The translations under genes were made by a program, and so were the position numbers. Positions 1 to 11,000 of a stretch of 64,000 nt of DNA are shown piece by piece (position 1 is the first letter of the stretch; each line of letters begins with the position of its first letter). The DNA lies in contig NC_043010.1 in assembly GCF_006345805.1 (NCBI RefSeq), forward strand, positions 14,632,001 through 14,696,000, in the 5' to 3' direction. Origin of the DNA: Octopus sinensis. Taxonomy: Eukaryota. The notes beneath the pieces are model-generated. The model searched no databases, had not been told where the DNA came from, and worked only from the letters and a program-made list of their open reading frames with translations.

Positions 1-180
1 CGCCAGACCGTAACAGAGGAATTCAAGACCGGCAACCCCTGGGAACTACTATATGCTGATGATCTTGCCCTCGTAGTAGATTCCATATCAGAGCTAGAAG
101 AGAAATTTCAGGCGTGGCAGCAAAACATAGAATCTAAGGGCCTTAAGGTTAACTTAGCAAAGCCTAAGGTCTTAGTAAGC
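1..180 (+). mobile_element. RTE-clade LINE reverse transcriptase fragment (cut by window start, followed directly by an R4-type fragment)
   Basis: Frame 1 reads RQTVTEEFKTGNPWELLYADDLALVVDSISELEEKFQAWQQNIESKGLKVNLAKPKVLVS: YADD catalytic motif plus GLKVN..K.KV typical of RTE-type RT. Confidence 0.8.
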
Positions 181-1766
181 ACTGTTTCGAACCTTGGAAT
201 ATGGCCTCGATAAATGTGCAAAAGCTACCTTTATCAAAGGGAAAATGACAGAAACATCCAATGTCAATCTTGACTAGCAGAATGCCATAAAGGAGTTAGA
301 ACCAGCGGAGAGTTACAAATACCTAGGGATATTTGAAGATGATGGAGTCAAACATGCAATGATGAAGGAAAGGATCAGAAGAGAATGTTATCGCAGGGTG
401 AGAGCAATACTCAAGACAGAGCTGAATACAAGAAACAGGATCGAAGCGATCATTTCTTTAGCCATACCGGTCGAGACTTACAGTTTCAATATTATTAACT
501 GGTGAATTACTGAAATAAGTCATCTTGACAGAAAAATACGAAAATTGTTGACAATGCATAGAATGCACCGCCCTAAGGCAGATATAGAACGACTTTACCT
601 GCCAAGAAAAGAGGGTGGCCGTGGACTTTTACAACTGGCAATAACAATGAACACTGCCACAATTGGCCTAAATACCTACCTGAAAAAACTCTGATCAATG
701 TGTATTAAAACTTGTCTTAAAGCATGAAAATAAGAAAGCATCATACTCAGTAACAAATAGGCAAAGGAATATCTAAGTGAATTCCAAATACAACAAATCC
801 TAGAATTAAACGTACTTGAAACGAGCACAGAAAAGGCTAAGCGTATGAACATCAGTGATAAAACCGCTGCCTTATATATTTTTACTGATAAATGGCAAGA
901 AAAACCTCTTAATGGCACATAACCAAAGAGAGCTAATAGTGCCGATGTTGACAAAGCCCTTACCCATCAATGGTTACTATCTTCTGGCTTAAAATCAGAA
1001 ACAGAAGGGTTTATCATTGCAGCCCAAGATCAATGCCTACCTACAAGGAAATACCAGGCCGATATATTAAAGAACGGCAGCAGCCCAACATGTTATGTAT
1101 GTAAACAACAAAATGAAACCATTGATCATGTCACCATGTGCAGTTTTCTCGTGCCTACAGAGCAAACTCCTAGACCTGTCCTATGATAAAAACTGGTGGG
1201 AACACAAACCACCTCCAGTGCTTGAAAATGATGACATGCGAATAGGCCAGACATTATAATGAAAGACTTCAGACAAAAATCATGCCTCCTCATTTACATG
1301 ACTATCACAATTGACAGAAATGTACGTGTCAAGACCTACCAAAAACCGAGCAAGTAAAAAGATCTTGAAATAGAAATTGGCAAAATGTGGAACCTCAAGA
1401 CTAAAACGATACCTGTTGTCATAGGTGCCCTGGGAATGATAACAAAAGGGGCTGATTGCTACCTAGCTCAGATACCAGGAAACCCCCAAATGGCAAAAAT
1501 TCGAAAGATAGTGCTCATGGGAACTGCCCATATCCTACGTAAAATACTGTCGATGTAATCTCAAATTTTAAAGCAAACTCATAATTTTCTTACGTTTTCT
1601 TAAACATTCTCTAGAACAATACTATGTACAAAACCAAATGCATGGCACCCTAGGCATAACAACAACATGAACTTCTAACTTGTCTCTTGAGTCTCTGGAT
1701 GAGACTTGGAGCCAACTTGTACAAAAACAAAGCAAAAGTCAAACAAATACCAACAACAACAACAAC

Positions 1767-1798
<32 letters not shown>

Positions 1799-1810
1799 TA
1801 ATAATAATAA
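181..1810 (+). mobile_element. R4/Dong-clade non-LTR retrotransposon, 3' half (RT thumb, CCHC finger, RLE endonuclease, 3' UTR, CAA/TAA tail), frameshifted
   Basis: Manual translation gives EYGLDKCAK, YKYLGI, ADIERLYLPRKEGGRGL, ETEGFIIAAQDQCLPT, a C..C...ETIDH finger and IVLMGTAHILRKILSM* (stop 1556-1558). The 3' UTR is shared with 25150-25436 and 31190-31500, and the element ends in (CAA)n(TAA)n. Confidence 0.85.
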
Positions 1811-1811
1811 T

Positions 1812-2003
1812 ATATTTCTTTACTACCTACAAGGGGCTAAACATAGAGGGGACAAACAAGGACAGACAAAGGGATTAAGTCGATTACATCGACCCCAGTG
1901 CGAAACTGGTACTTTATTTATCGATCCCGAAAGGATGCCAGGCAAAGTCGTCCTCGGTGGAATTTGAACTCAGAACGTAGCAGCAGACGAAATGCTGATA
2001 AGC

Positions 2004-2005
<2 letters not shown>
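1812..2005 (-). mobile_element. SINE family B (tRNA-like head with B-box GTTCAAATTCC; CATCCTTTCGGGGTCGATAAA core)
   Basis: High similarity to copies at 34.7-35.1, 38.5, 50.8-51.2 and 60.9-61.3 kb. Confidence 0.8.
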
Positions 2006-2029
<24 letters not shown>

Positions 2030-2034
<5 letters not shown>

Positions 2035-2794
2035 TATGCAGGGGCTGTCGATACCGTCGGGGGACGTTATGAGGCAGATAGAAGAGACGGGCTATAAGTA
2101 CTTGGGGATTTGGAAAAGGATAAATTGATGGAGAAAGAAGTGACAGAAAAATTTAAGGTGGAGTAATTGCGCAGACTGAGACTGATCGAAATTAAACGGA
2201 CGGAATAAGATTGAAGCTATCAACACCTGGGCGGTTTCATTCTTTAGATATGGAGTAGGGGTGATCGCATGTAGACGAACTAAACAGCTTAGACAGAAAG
2301 ACAAGTAAATTGCTGACTAGATATGGGACACTCCACCCAAAAAGTGACACAGACAGACTGTATGTACCAAAAAAAAAAGGGGGAAGAAGACCTATTGGAT
2401 GCGAACACAGCATCAGAGCAGAAGAAAACAACGTAGCCTGGTATGTAAAAAAATGCCACAGAACCACTGTTTTTAGAAGTAAGAAGGCCAGGTTTGTATA
2501 GGATGAAAGATTGCAAAGATAAAGCACTACACAAGAAATTGAGAACGAATGAAACTGAAAATAGGTGGGTAAAGAAAAGAATGCATGGTCAATTTCATAG
2601 GGATGTTGAAGATAAGACAGACAGAGAAATCTAGGTGTGTCGCAAAAGTCGGCATTACTTGTTAACTGCATGCATATTACGTAAAGTAGTGTCTGCCTGG
2701 GGTCTTTGTTGTGACTTGACAAACAGTACCAACACCCGGTAGACACAATATTTTCAGTCAACAATCTCACGATATTGTATACTGTGCGACGTCT

Positions 2795-2795
<1 letters not shown>
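2030..2795 (+). mobile_element. R4/Dong-clade LINE fragments (second family: RT thumb region, then a different 3' end)
   Basis: GYKYLGILEKD, NKIEAINTWAVS..RYG, LHPKSDTDRLYVPKKKGGRRPIGCEHSIRAEENN (ORF 2310-2501). Flanked by (TAA)n and overlaps in sequence with 25524-26420. Confidence 0.75.
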
Positions 2796-2831
<36 letters not shown>

Positions 2832-2855
2832 TAATAATAATAATAATAATAATAA

Positions 2856-3415
2856 ATGCCCTGATGCAGTACCAGGCAGTGGCTCTCATGGCTTCTGATC
2901 TTAACTGATTGGAAGTGTTATCATGTACATTGTTTTGTCTTGGTATAAAAGATGGGCTACAGCAAATATTCTGCTCAATACCACAGATTTGCTTGTCAGT
3001 TGTTTGACCTTAACCAGTTGAGCATGTCCCTTAGTGGCTGACGATATGTGCATCTCTGATCACGAGCAGAAGTAGTGGGGGAGCATCATAGCCATGTGTT
3101 GAGAGAGATTCTTTGGGGTTTGAATAATTCACCTCTGGAAACATGGGTGGTTCTTTCAACATCCTTAAACAACCCTTATTCAGGGACCTTTTGAGCGGGA
3201 TGGGCTACTCAACCTGAAGAAAATTCTAACTGGGCCCCACCTGCAAGGTCATGTGCTGTTTATCTTGATATGAGATCACCATGTCGCGCACATATGGTTG
3301 TGATGCATGTGCCTGGTGTACCTTTATCAGACGGGTAGTCATGATGGGTATATTGGGCTTCGTATATTTTACCCCAGTGTCACTTTGATGGCATGCACTG
3401 CTCTCTCACTCAATA
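2856..3415. mobile_element. ~560 bp non-coding interspersed repeat embedded in (TAA)n arrays
   Basis: Near-identical partial copies at 37429-37610 and 54617-54730. This copy and the 54.6 kb copy are bounded by (TAA)n. No ORF and no tRNA head seen. Confidence 0.7.
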
Positions 3416-3486
3416 ATAATAATAATAATAATAATAATCCTTACTAAATTTTATGGGAAGGGGCTAGGCAGTTACTTCGACCCTAG

Positions 3487-3780
3487 TTTGTTTGTTCCTT
3501 CTCGAGCCATGCCTGGCTCATAAGGGCCGGTTTCTCGATTTCTTGGTGTATAGGTTCCCCACCTGGACGTGACGCTGGTCCATCCCAGGTGAGCTGCAAG
3601 ATGCAGGAGGAAAGAGTGAGAGAGTTGTGGCGAAAGAGTCAGCAGAGGTTCATCATTACCTTCTGCCGGAGTCGCGTGGAGCTTAAGTGTTTCGCTCATA
3701 AACACACACATCGCCCGGTCTGAGATTCGAACCCGCGATCCCTCGACCGCTGCTCTAACCACTAGGCCATGTGCCTCCAC
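3487..3780 (-). mobile_element. SINE family C (tail type 1)
   Basis: The minus strand begins GTGGAGGCACATGGCCTAGTGGTTAGAGC (A-box) ... GGTTCGAATCTC (B-box). Matches 18968-19280, 32361-32652 and 61811-62128. Confidence 0.85.
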
Positions 3781-3789
3781 TAAATAAAT

Positions 3790-4036
3790 GCGCCCTTTTA
3801 AAGCCTAGCCAGGCTCATAGGCCCGGTTTCCCGGTTTCTATGGCGTATGTGTTCCCCAGCTGGACGGAATGCCAGTCCATCGCAGCGTTACTCATTTTTG
3901 CCAGCTGAGTGGACTGGAGCAACGTGAAATGAAGTGTTTTGCTCAAGAACACAACGCGTCGCCTAGTCCAGGAATCGAATTCACAATCTTACGATCATGG
4001 TGCTGACATCCTAACCACTAAGCCACGCGCCTCCAC
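3790..4036 (-). mobile_element. SINE family D (tRNA head, GTGTTCTTGAGCAAAACAC CORE-like block, tail shared with C type 1)
   Basis: A-box TGGCTTAGTGG and B-box-like TTCGATTCC on the minus strand. The 3' tail GAAACCGGGAAACCGGGCCTATGAGCC is shared with SINE-C1. Confidence 0.75.
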
Positions 4037-4099
4037 ATCGACCCTAGTGCTTAACTGTTACTTGTTTCATTGACACCGAAAGATGAAATGTAAAGTCGA

Positions 4100-4656
4100 C
4101 TTTGGTGGAACTGAAAACAAAGATCTTATAGGACTTCTCTATAAAGACTAGCCATTCTATAAAAACAAGAAGACCAGATATGATTACAGAGGATAAAATA
4201 ATGTAAGAATCATAGACTTTTGAATTCCAAATGATAATAGGGTGGATACCCAAGAAATTGAGAAATTGTAGAAGGCTTTGACAGCGGCTAATTGGGGAAC
4301 AGGGCACAACATTCAAAATTCTACCTAAAAAACTGAAAGATATAGGAATTGCATCGACTTGCATTATAGACCTGCAGAAAAGTACCATTCTATATTCTGC
4401 AAAAATCCAAAGAAAGATTCTTCAGATTCGAGGAGACTTGCAGCTACCAAACTTTAAGATGACATTCCTGTTAATTAAATCAACATATACTACTACTACT
4501 ACTACCACCACCACCACCACCACCACCACCACTACTACTACCATTCTATATTCTGCAAAAATCCAAAGAAAGATTCTTCAGATTCGAGGAGACTTGCAGC
4601 TACCAAACTTTAAGATGACATTCCTGCTAATTAAATTAACATATACCACCACCACC

Positions 4657-4706
<50 letters not shown>

Positions 4707-4710
4707 AATA
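4100..4710 (+). mobile_element. R4-type LINE 3' end (RLE domain) with tandemly duplicated terminus and (TAC/CAC)n tails
   Basis: TRRPDMI, IPNDNRVDTQEIEK, LQKSTILYSAKIQRKIL. Segment 4383-4490 is repeated at 4541-4647. Confidence 0.65.
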
Positions 4711-4724
4711 ACGATAATAATACG

Positions 4725-6050
4725 TTTTTTTTTATTGGCCACGAGTGCCGCAAAAGCATTTACAACAATAGAAAGACAGAGGGCAACGGGGATTTACATA
4801 AGCACAATAATATAAAATAAAACTTAAGAAAACTTTAACAAAAAATTCCCTATAAGGAAAAACATCTGAAAATTAATACTGGAGAGTACTGCGGGCTGGT
4901 GCCTGCTTTGGTCTATATTTGATGCAAGCCTGCAGCGCTTACAAAGAGACGAGTTTGACGAAAGCGCATCTAACAAAGTGTGACCACACCAGCTTACCAT
5001 CAAGGAAACGCTGGAAATGTTGTAACCTCAGTTCATGTCTGTGAGACATCAGCCACGACATGCCCAGTCCTCCACGCAGCGGATGTTGACAGTAAATGAA
5101 TCGTCTGACCAGCAGAACACATTCCCTCTTCAGAAAGCAGAAGAGCAAGTGTTTAATTCTGGTTAATCATGAAGCGAGGTAATACACGACAGCCAGGCGA
5201 TAGTAGATGAGGGATGCAATATAGGCATTCACCACCTTCGCCCGACCCTTCAGAGATAGTTTCCTCTCCATTTCTGTGCGAGACAGGCCACTTTGCTCGT
5301 TTCTCCTTTCCAGTTTTTGTGTACTTAGCGGTCTGGACAAACCAAACCTCGACTAATGCCTTTGGTTTCCAAAAATATTACGGTGATGTCGTCTGCAAAT
5401 GCAAACGCGGATCTTCCGCATCACAGTTTTTGCGAGAAACCCCTCAAATCCTCCAGCTTTATGTATTAGTGACTCAGAGTCAGAAGATACAGAAGTGGAG
5501 GCAGGGAACACCCTTGACGGAACGATCGCATGATACAGAACAATTCCTACCTGTAGCCACGGATCAAATGTCGCTTTACATCTAAAGACGGTTCCGAAAC
5601 TAGCTGCCAAGTATTGATGATCGAGCTTATCAGAAGCTTTCGACTGACCTATACTGATCATGGCCCCACCCATGCCAGGTTTGTTACTTGCTCTTTCTCT
5701 GATGTATCGAATCAGGTGGGGGGGGGGCTGTCGTGGATAGATTTGTCTGGTGTAGCACAAGCGCAAACCCTTTAGCTAGCACCTTGGCCCAAATCTTTAA
5801 CTCTGCATTTAGTAGAGTTACAAGCCTGAAGTTGATAAAATCCACCCCCTCTCCCACTCTCGGGGACTTTCTCAGTAGCACAACCGCACCGCTTATCGCC
5901 GGCAGGGAATCTCCTGTTCTGTTGCCAGTTGCTGTAGACATCTGCTCGAAGACAAAGCTCGTGGGGCAGATCATCCAGCTCCAGTGACTTCTACCCACTC
6001 GTGCAACCAGCCATCGTGCCCCGTATTTCGTCAGCTGTTGTCAGCTTTTC
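4725..6050 (-). mobile_element. Tx1/L1-clade LINE ORF2 fragment (RT), internally deleted, with 3' UTR end
   Basis: DFINFRLVTLLNAELKIWAKVLAK (ORF 5684-5998), GAMISIGQSKASDKLDHQYLAA (ORF 5353-5766), CQHPLRGGLGMSWLMSHRHELRLQH (ORF 4939-5148). The terminus GTGGCCAATAAAA is shared with other copies. Confidence 0.8.
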
Positions 6051-6570
6051 GTAGAAGTAGGTGGTGGTGGTGGAGGTGGGAGTGGTTGGGATAGCAGAAT
6101 TGATTGTTCCTGTTGTTGTGGTGGTGGAGTGGGGGTGGGGTGGGGGTTGAAAATCTTAAACGTTTCAATAATAAAGAAAGGAAAATTTGAAATGAGATTG
6201 ATTGAATATTAACGTATGAAGTAAATATAACCAGAAATTTAAACCGTATTAACCGATTAAGTATCGATCTGTCTATTGTAAGTTAAATAATCCAGGGTTT
6301 TCTATTATATCAATGTGATGGATTAATTTAAAATGTGGATCAGTCATTGCGTAGAAGATTGGTTCAGCAAAGATCATCTGATGTAAGCCGTTGTCTAATG
6401 AAAGGTTTTGGGGCAGCTGGTGTCGGCTTTGGCAGAACACTGACAGGTTGCTGAGCTGATTGAGAACACTACAAACCATATGCCATTTCTCTTCCTTTCT
6501 CTCTCCCATACACACACACACACACACACACACACTTTGTCTCTCGCACTCTCTCATTCACTCGATCAGC

Positions 6571-6606
<36 letters not shown>

Positions 6607-6949
6607 ACTCACTCACACAACGGGATAGTTGCAGTTTCCCATCTGGGATCTACAGACTTCTTGACCCTACCTCAGAACAACATCAAAGTTAATTCAAATC
6701 TCAGATTAAAATGAAATTTTGAATAAGTCAAACATGTAAATCTCATGCTACATGTGACTGATAAGCTACAGTTAACACATAAAAGTATAAAGCGAGATGT
6801 AATTCTTGTACTTGACTCTAAAACAACGTAAGTTGAGTAAAGTTGTGCCGAATAGGTGATTGGTTTTGAGTGAGAACTGACTGGCACCGTTGTGGCACTG
6901 TGCCTGTCGCTAAGGGTTAGCTTATACTAACAGCGTGAATGCAGTAAAA

Positions 6950-7360
6950 GAGCTTAAAAGAATTCGATGAGTTGACATTTTGACCTGTTTTACACCAAGA
7001 TGTCCGCCAAAGAGATATAAGAATAAATTACGGCCGATGACCTATTCAGAACAGAAGCATTAGTTCTAACGGTAAAATAATTAGAATGCTGGGGTTGATT
7101 ATAGAACAAAAATATAATTGGAACAGAGACAATGAATAATTTTACGAAAAAGAAAAAGAAAATTAAATACTTCAAAAAAATTAATGATGCCGTCGGGAAT
7201 CAGAGAAGCTGATGAAGCAGGTTAGTGAGATAAAACTTATTGTCGATGACAGTCGATCGCAGATAAATTTCTATAAAATAGGGAATTGTAGCATTGCTAA
7301 GAATTCTGTTTAGTGAAATACTGAAAATGTCTGCAGGAGATAAGAATTTTCTATTGAGTG
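6950..7360 (+). mobile_element. Possible heavily decayed R4-type LINE RT-proximal fragment
   Basis: Purine-rich segment loosely resembling 28900-29250. No clean motif recovered. Confidence 0.25.
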
Positions 7361-7371
7361 GTTGAAAGCTC

Positions 7372-7796
7372 GGATCTTTTCGGTTTGAACGGCAGTTTTT
7401 AACATAATTTCTAGGTAACTAAAAAATTTTAAACTTCGTATACTTGTAGAATGTGTTTATAAAACATCTTTTTCTCTTGGCTTTATTGAGAAAATTCTAT
7501 GGTTTGTAAGATATTTGTTGTTTTTTTCTTCAATTTCTGCAATTTCAACCAATCACTGACGCCTATTGAGGTAAAAAACATTCTGTGCCGTATGAATATG
7601 TCCCTCGTTTAAGAAACAGATTGGGTTTATTTACATTTGTGAAGAAAAAAGATACCCTTCCCCCTACCCCTACCCCTAACTAACCCTAACCCTAAAAGAG
7701 ATTGAAATGCAATAGATCGATACTAGGGTCATAATTATGGGTGACAATTTCATATGAAACCGCTAGAAAAAACTGCCGTTCAAACTGAAAAGATCC
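7372..7796. mobile_element. Non-autonomous TIR element (MITE), 425 bp, 8-bp TSD, possibly Merlin-type
   Basis: TIR GGATCTTTTCGGTTTGAACGGCAGTTTT / AAAACTGCCGTTCAAACTGAAAAGATCC. TSD GAAAGCTC at 7364-7371 and 7797-7804. Second copy at 34015-34425 in the opposite orientation. Confidence 0.85.
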
Positions 7797-8010
7797 GAAA
7801 GCTCAGTGCTATATGGATTTAGCCCTTTTTTTATTGATTGAAAATTAAAGTTCTATATATTGATACACTCAAGTATCTACAGCACTCTTCCTGTGCAAAC
7901 GACAAATCACATATTCACAAAAACTGTATAATACACATTCAATGTAGTAATAATGGGAAGGCAACTGCGGCGAGAGAATATTGAGAAATTATATATATAT
8001 ATATATATAT

Positions 8011-8197
8011 CGCCATGCTGGATCGGTAGCCACTACACACATTTTTTCTCTCCTTGTTTTTTTTCTGTGTCCCTTTCTGTAGAATAACGTAGGCTCGAAA
8101 CGTAAAAGACTTTTTCAATTCCTGAGCGTTATACTAATACATCTGTTTGTTTTCTACACCACCTGTCTTCGTCTTTTGTTTTATTCGTGAACTCTCC

Positions 8198-8200
<3 letters not shown>
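8011..8200. mobile_element. ~190 bp (TA)n-flanked repeat carrying a degenerate minimal hammerhead-like motif
   Basis: Homologous to 9810-9998. Contains CTGTAGA-A-TAAC-GTAG-GCTC-GAAA-CG-TA-AAAGAC at 8077-8110. Confidence 0.55.
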
Positions 8201-8249
<49 letters not shown>

Positions 8250-8250
8250 T

Positions 8251-8294
<44 letters not shown>

Positions 8295-8298
<4 letters not shown>

Positions 8299-9597
8299 GT
8301 CATCCCATAAGTTCTGTTCGCTTTTACCTTTTTTAGAATTGAATGAAATTTAATAGTATAACTAATTAAATATTATTTTACAGAATGATAGAAACTAATT
8401 AAATATTATCAAACTAATTATTAAATTAATTATTATTAAACTAATTAAATATTATTTTACAGAATAATAGAAATTTCTTTGATTAAAACCCTTTCTAATA
8501 TGAAAGTATCCAAAGAGCATTTAAGGCACATAATGCTTTATGAGTACAAAAAAGGAAACTCTGCAGCCGAAGCGACTCGAAACATACACTCAGTTTATGG
8601 GAAAGAATGCTCGAATGAAAGAACTTGCTTGCAGAAGATGGTTTGCAAAATTCAGAAGTGGATATTTCAGCCTTGACGATGAAGATCGAAAAGGATGTCC
8701 AGTTGAGTTTGATGATAAGCTCCTTGGGGCATTACTTGAAGAAAATCCTGCATTATCAGTTGAAGAATTGGCAATAAAGCTTAATTCAAATCATACAACT
8801 GTTCATCGTCATCTTCAACAACTTAGAAAAGTTCCTAAATTTGGAAAATGGGTGCTTCATGAATTGTCCGAAAGCAACTGCAAATCCCAAGTTTTCTCTC
8901 CATTCTTGCGACCTCATTTCACCCTTTTTAAGATAGACTTGTGACTGGTGACGAAAATGGATCTTCTATCGAAAAGTTAAACGTCGTAAACAGTGGCTTG
9001 GTAAAAGAGAAAAAGCTCAACCAAAACCGAGAAGGGTTTTCCATAGTAAAAAGGTTCTTCCCTCTATCTGGTGCGATTGCAAAGGAGTAATTCACTTTGA
9101 ATTGTTACAACCAAATGCAACAATCAGTGCTCAAGTCTACTGTCAGCAATTAGAACATTTGAACCAAGTTTGAAGAAAAAAAGACCCGCTTTTGTGAATC
9201 GAAAAGGAATGATGTTTCATCAGGACAATGCGCGAGCCCACACTGCAAAGATCACATCACAAAAGATCGAAGAGTTTGGTTGGCAAAAAAATTCCTCATC
9301 CACCTTATTCTCCCGACCTTGCTCCTTCAGATTACCATTTGTTTCGTAGTTTACAGAATCATCTGGGGGAACATAACCTTCACAAGCCAGGAGGAGGTCG
9401 AACCTGACATTTCAGAGTTCTTCGTTTTAAAACCAAAAGAGTTTTACATTGATGGGATTAAAACATTTGTAAATAGATGGAAGGAAGTCATAGATAATCA
9501 GGGAAAGTACATTGATGATTAAACTTCAATTAAATATAACATTTGATCACTTGTTTTATGTATTCAAAATTCAGACAGAACTTATAGGATGACCTGA
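8295..9597 (+). mobile_element. Full-length mariner (DD34D) DNA transposon, 1303 bp, transposase pseudogenised
   Basis: TIRs TCAGGTCATCC(C/T)ATAAGTTCTGT at both ends with TA TSD (8293-8294, 9598-9599). Transposase ATG 8500 to TAA 9522: MKVSKEHLRHIMLYEYKKG, RRWFAKFRSG, GKWVLHEL, VTGDE, HQDNARAH, HPPYSPDLAPSDYHLF. Several frameshifts. Confidence 0.92.
8500..9522 (+). pseudogene. Mariner transposase pseudogene (cecropia/Hsmar1-like)
   Basis: Pieces in ORFs 8479-8676, 8540-8944 and 9280-9522 plus intervening frames. The WVPHEL-like and YSPDLAP motifs are recognisable. Confidence 0.88.
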
Positions 9598-9602
9598 TAT
9601 AT

Positions 9603-10171
9603 TCTTTTATTTGTTTCAGTCATTTGATTGCGGCCATGCTGGAGCACCGCCTTTAGTCGAACACATCGAACCCAAGACTAATACTTATTTTATCAGTCTC
9701 TGTTGCCGTACTGCTAAGTTGCGGGGATGTAAACACACCAATATTGGTTGCCAAGCGATGGTGGAGGAAACAAACATACACATACACACACATATTTTTA
9801 CATATATATCGCCATGATTGACCGCTAGCCACTAAAACTTTTTTTATTCTCTCTGTTTATTTCATCGTGTTCCTCTCTGCTGAAGTGCGTAGGCTCGAAA
9901 TGTAAAATACTTCCTCACTTTCCCGAGCGTTAAACTAATACACCTGTTTGTTGTTTACACACCTGTCTCCGTCTTTTGCTTCTTTTATAAATTCCAATTA
10001 TATATATATGACGGGCTTGTTTCAGTTTCCGTCTACCAATCCATCCACATTGCTTTGGTCGGGTCGAGGCTATAGTAGAAGAAACTTGCCCAAGGTACCA
10101 CGCAGTGGGACCGAACCCGGAACCATGTGTGGTTGGGAAGCGAGCTTCTTACCACACAGCTAGTCCTACGC
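9603..10171 (-). mobile_element. SINE family A (CORE-like), interrupted by the 9810-9998 repeat in its central (CA/TA) tract
   Basis: Both halves match the uninterrupted copies at 13321-13725, 15623-16021 and 32937-33344. Confidence 0.75.
9810..9998. mobile_element. Second copy of the ~190 bp hammerhead-relic repeat
   Basis: CTGCTGA-A-GTGC-GTAG-GCTC-GAAA-TG-TA at 9877-9904. Aligns by eye with 8011-8200. Confidence 0.55.
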
Positions 10172-10420
<249 letters not shown>

Positions 10421-10619
10421 GAAGGGAATGTGTGCATTAAGTAAATAAGAAAGGAAACGAGCTGAAAGAGAAGAGTGATGAAGAATAGAACAGAAGACCG
10501 AAAATGACAATCATAGAATATTTCCAGAGAAAGGGTTGGAGGAGAGAGTTGGGTGGGGGCGGGTAGAGGCGAAGTTATTGGTTTGAATTGCTTGAAATAA
10601 CCGTTGGATATTTAATCAT

Positions 10620-11000
10620 AGACTCTGAGAGAAGGAATATCAAGTTAACTATCTTCCTGTCCATGTTCCCTCAGCTTAAATGAAGGAAAGATACCTTCCT
10701 GGCCAATGATTCATCTATCCGGACATTTGGGAAGAAGACAGTAAGCAAACGGCAAGCGGACAGTGAAGTGGGGGGGGGAGAGTTGGGTGGAGCGAAAAAT
10801 GATTGGATCTGATGATCGGTTAAATTAAGTCATCATCAGTCGTGGAATAACAATGACAAGACTATGGATAATAACGAGAGAAAAGGTTGAGGTGTAGGAA
10901 AGAGCAATACAGAAGAGAAACGATGGAAGAAAAGGGAAAAACAAAAATACGATAGTGAAAGTGAAAGTGATCAACAAAGAATATGAAATAAGGAGGCGGA
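10620..11000 (-). mobile_element. Possible decayed CR1/Jockey-type LINE 3' region
   Basis: The minus strand gives ..HFTVRLP.. and ..TLSFPTPQPFLSLLS.., weakly like the RT-thumb tail of CR1/Jockey elements. Many stops. Confidence 0.25.

Noticed and set aside
2856-2900. GCCCTGA...TCATGGC as P1 of an HDV-like ribozyme
   Set aside because: No room for P3/L3 and no P1.1 GG or P4/J4-2 elements.
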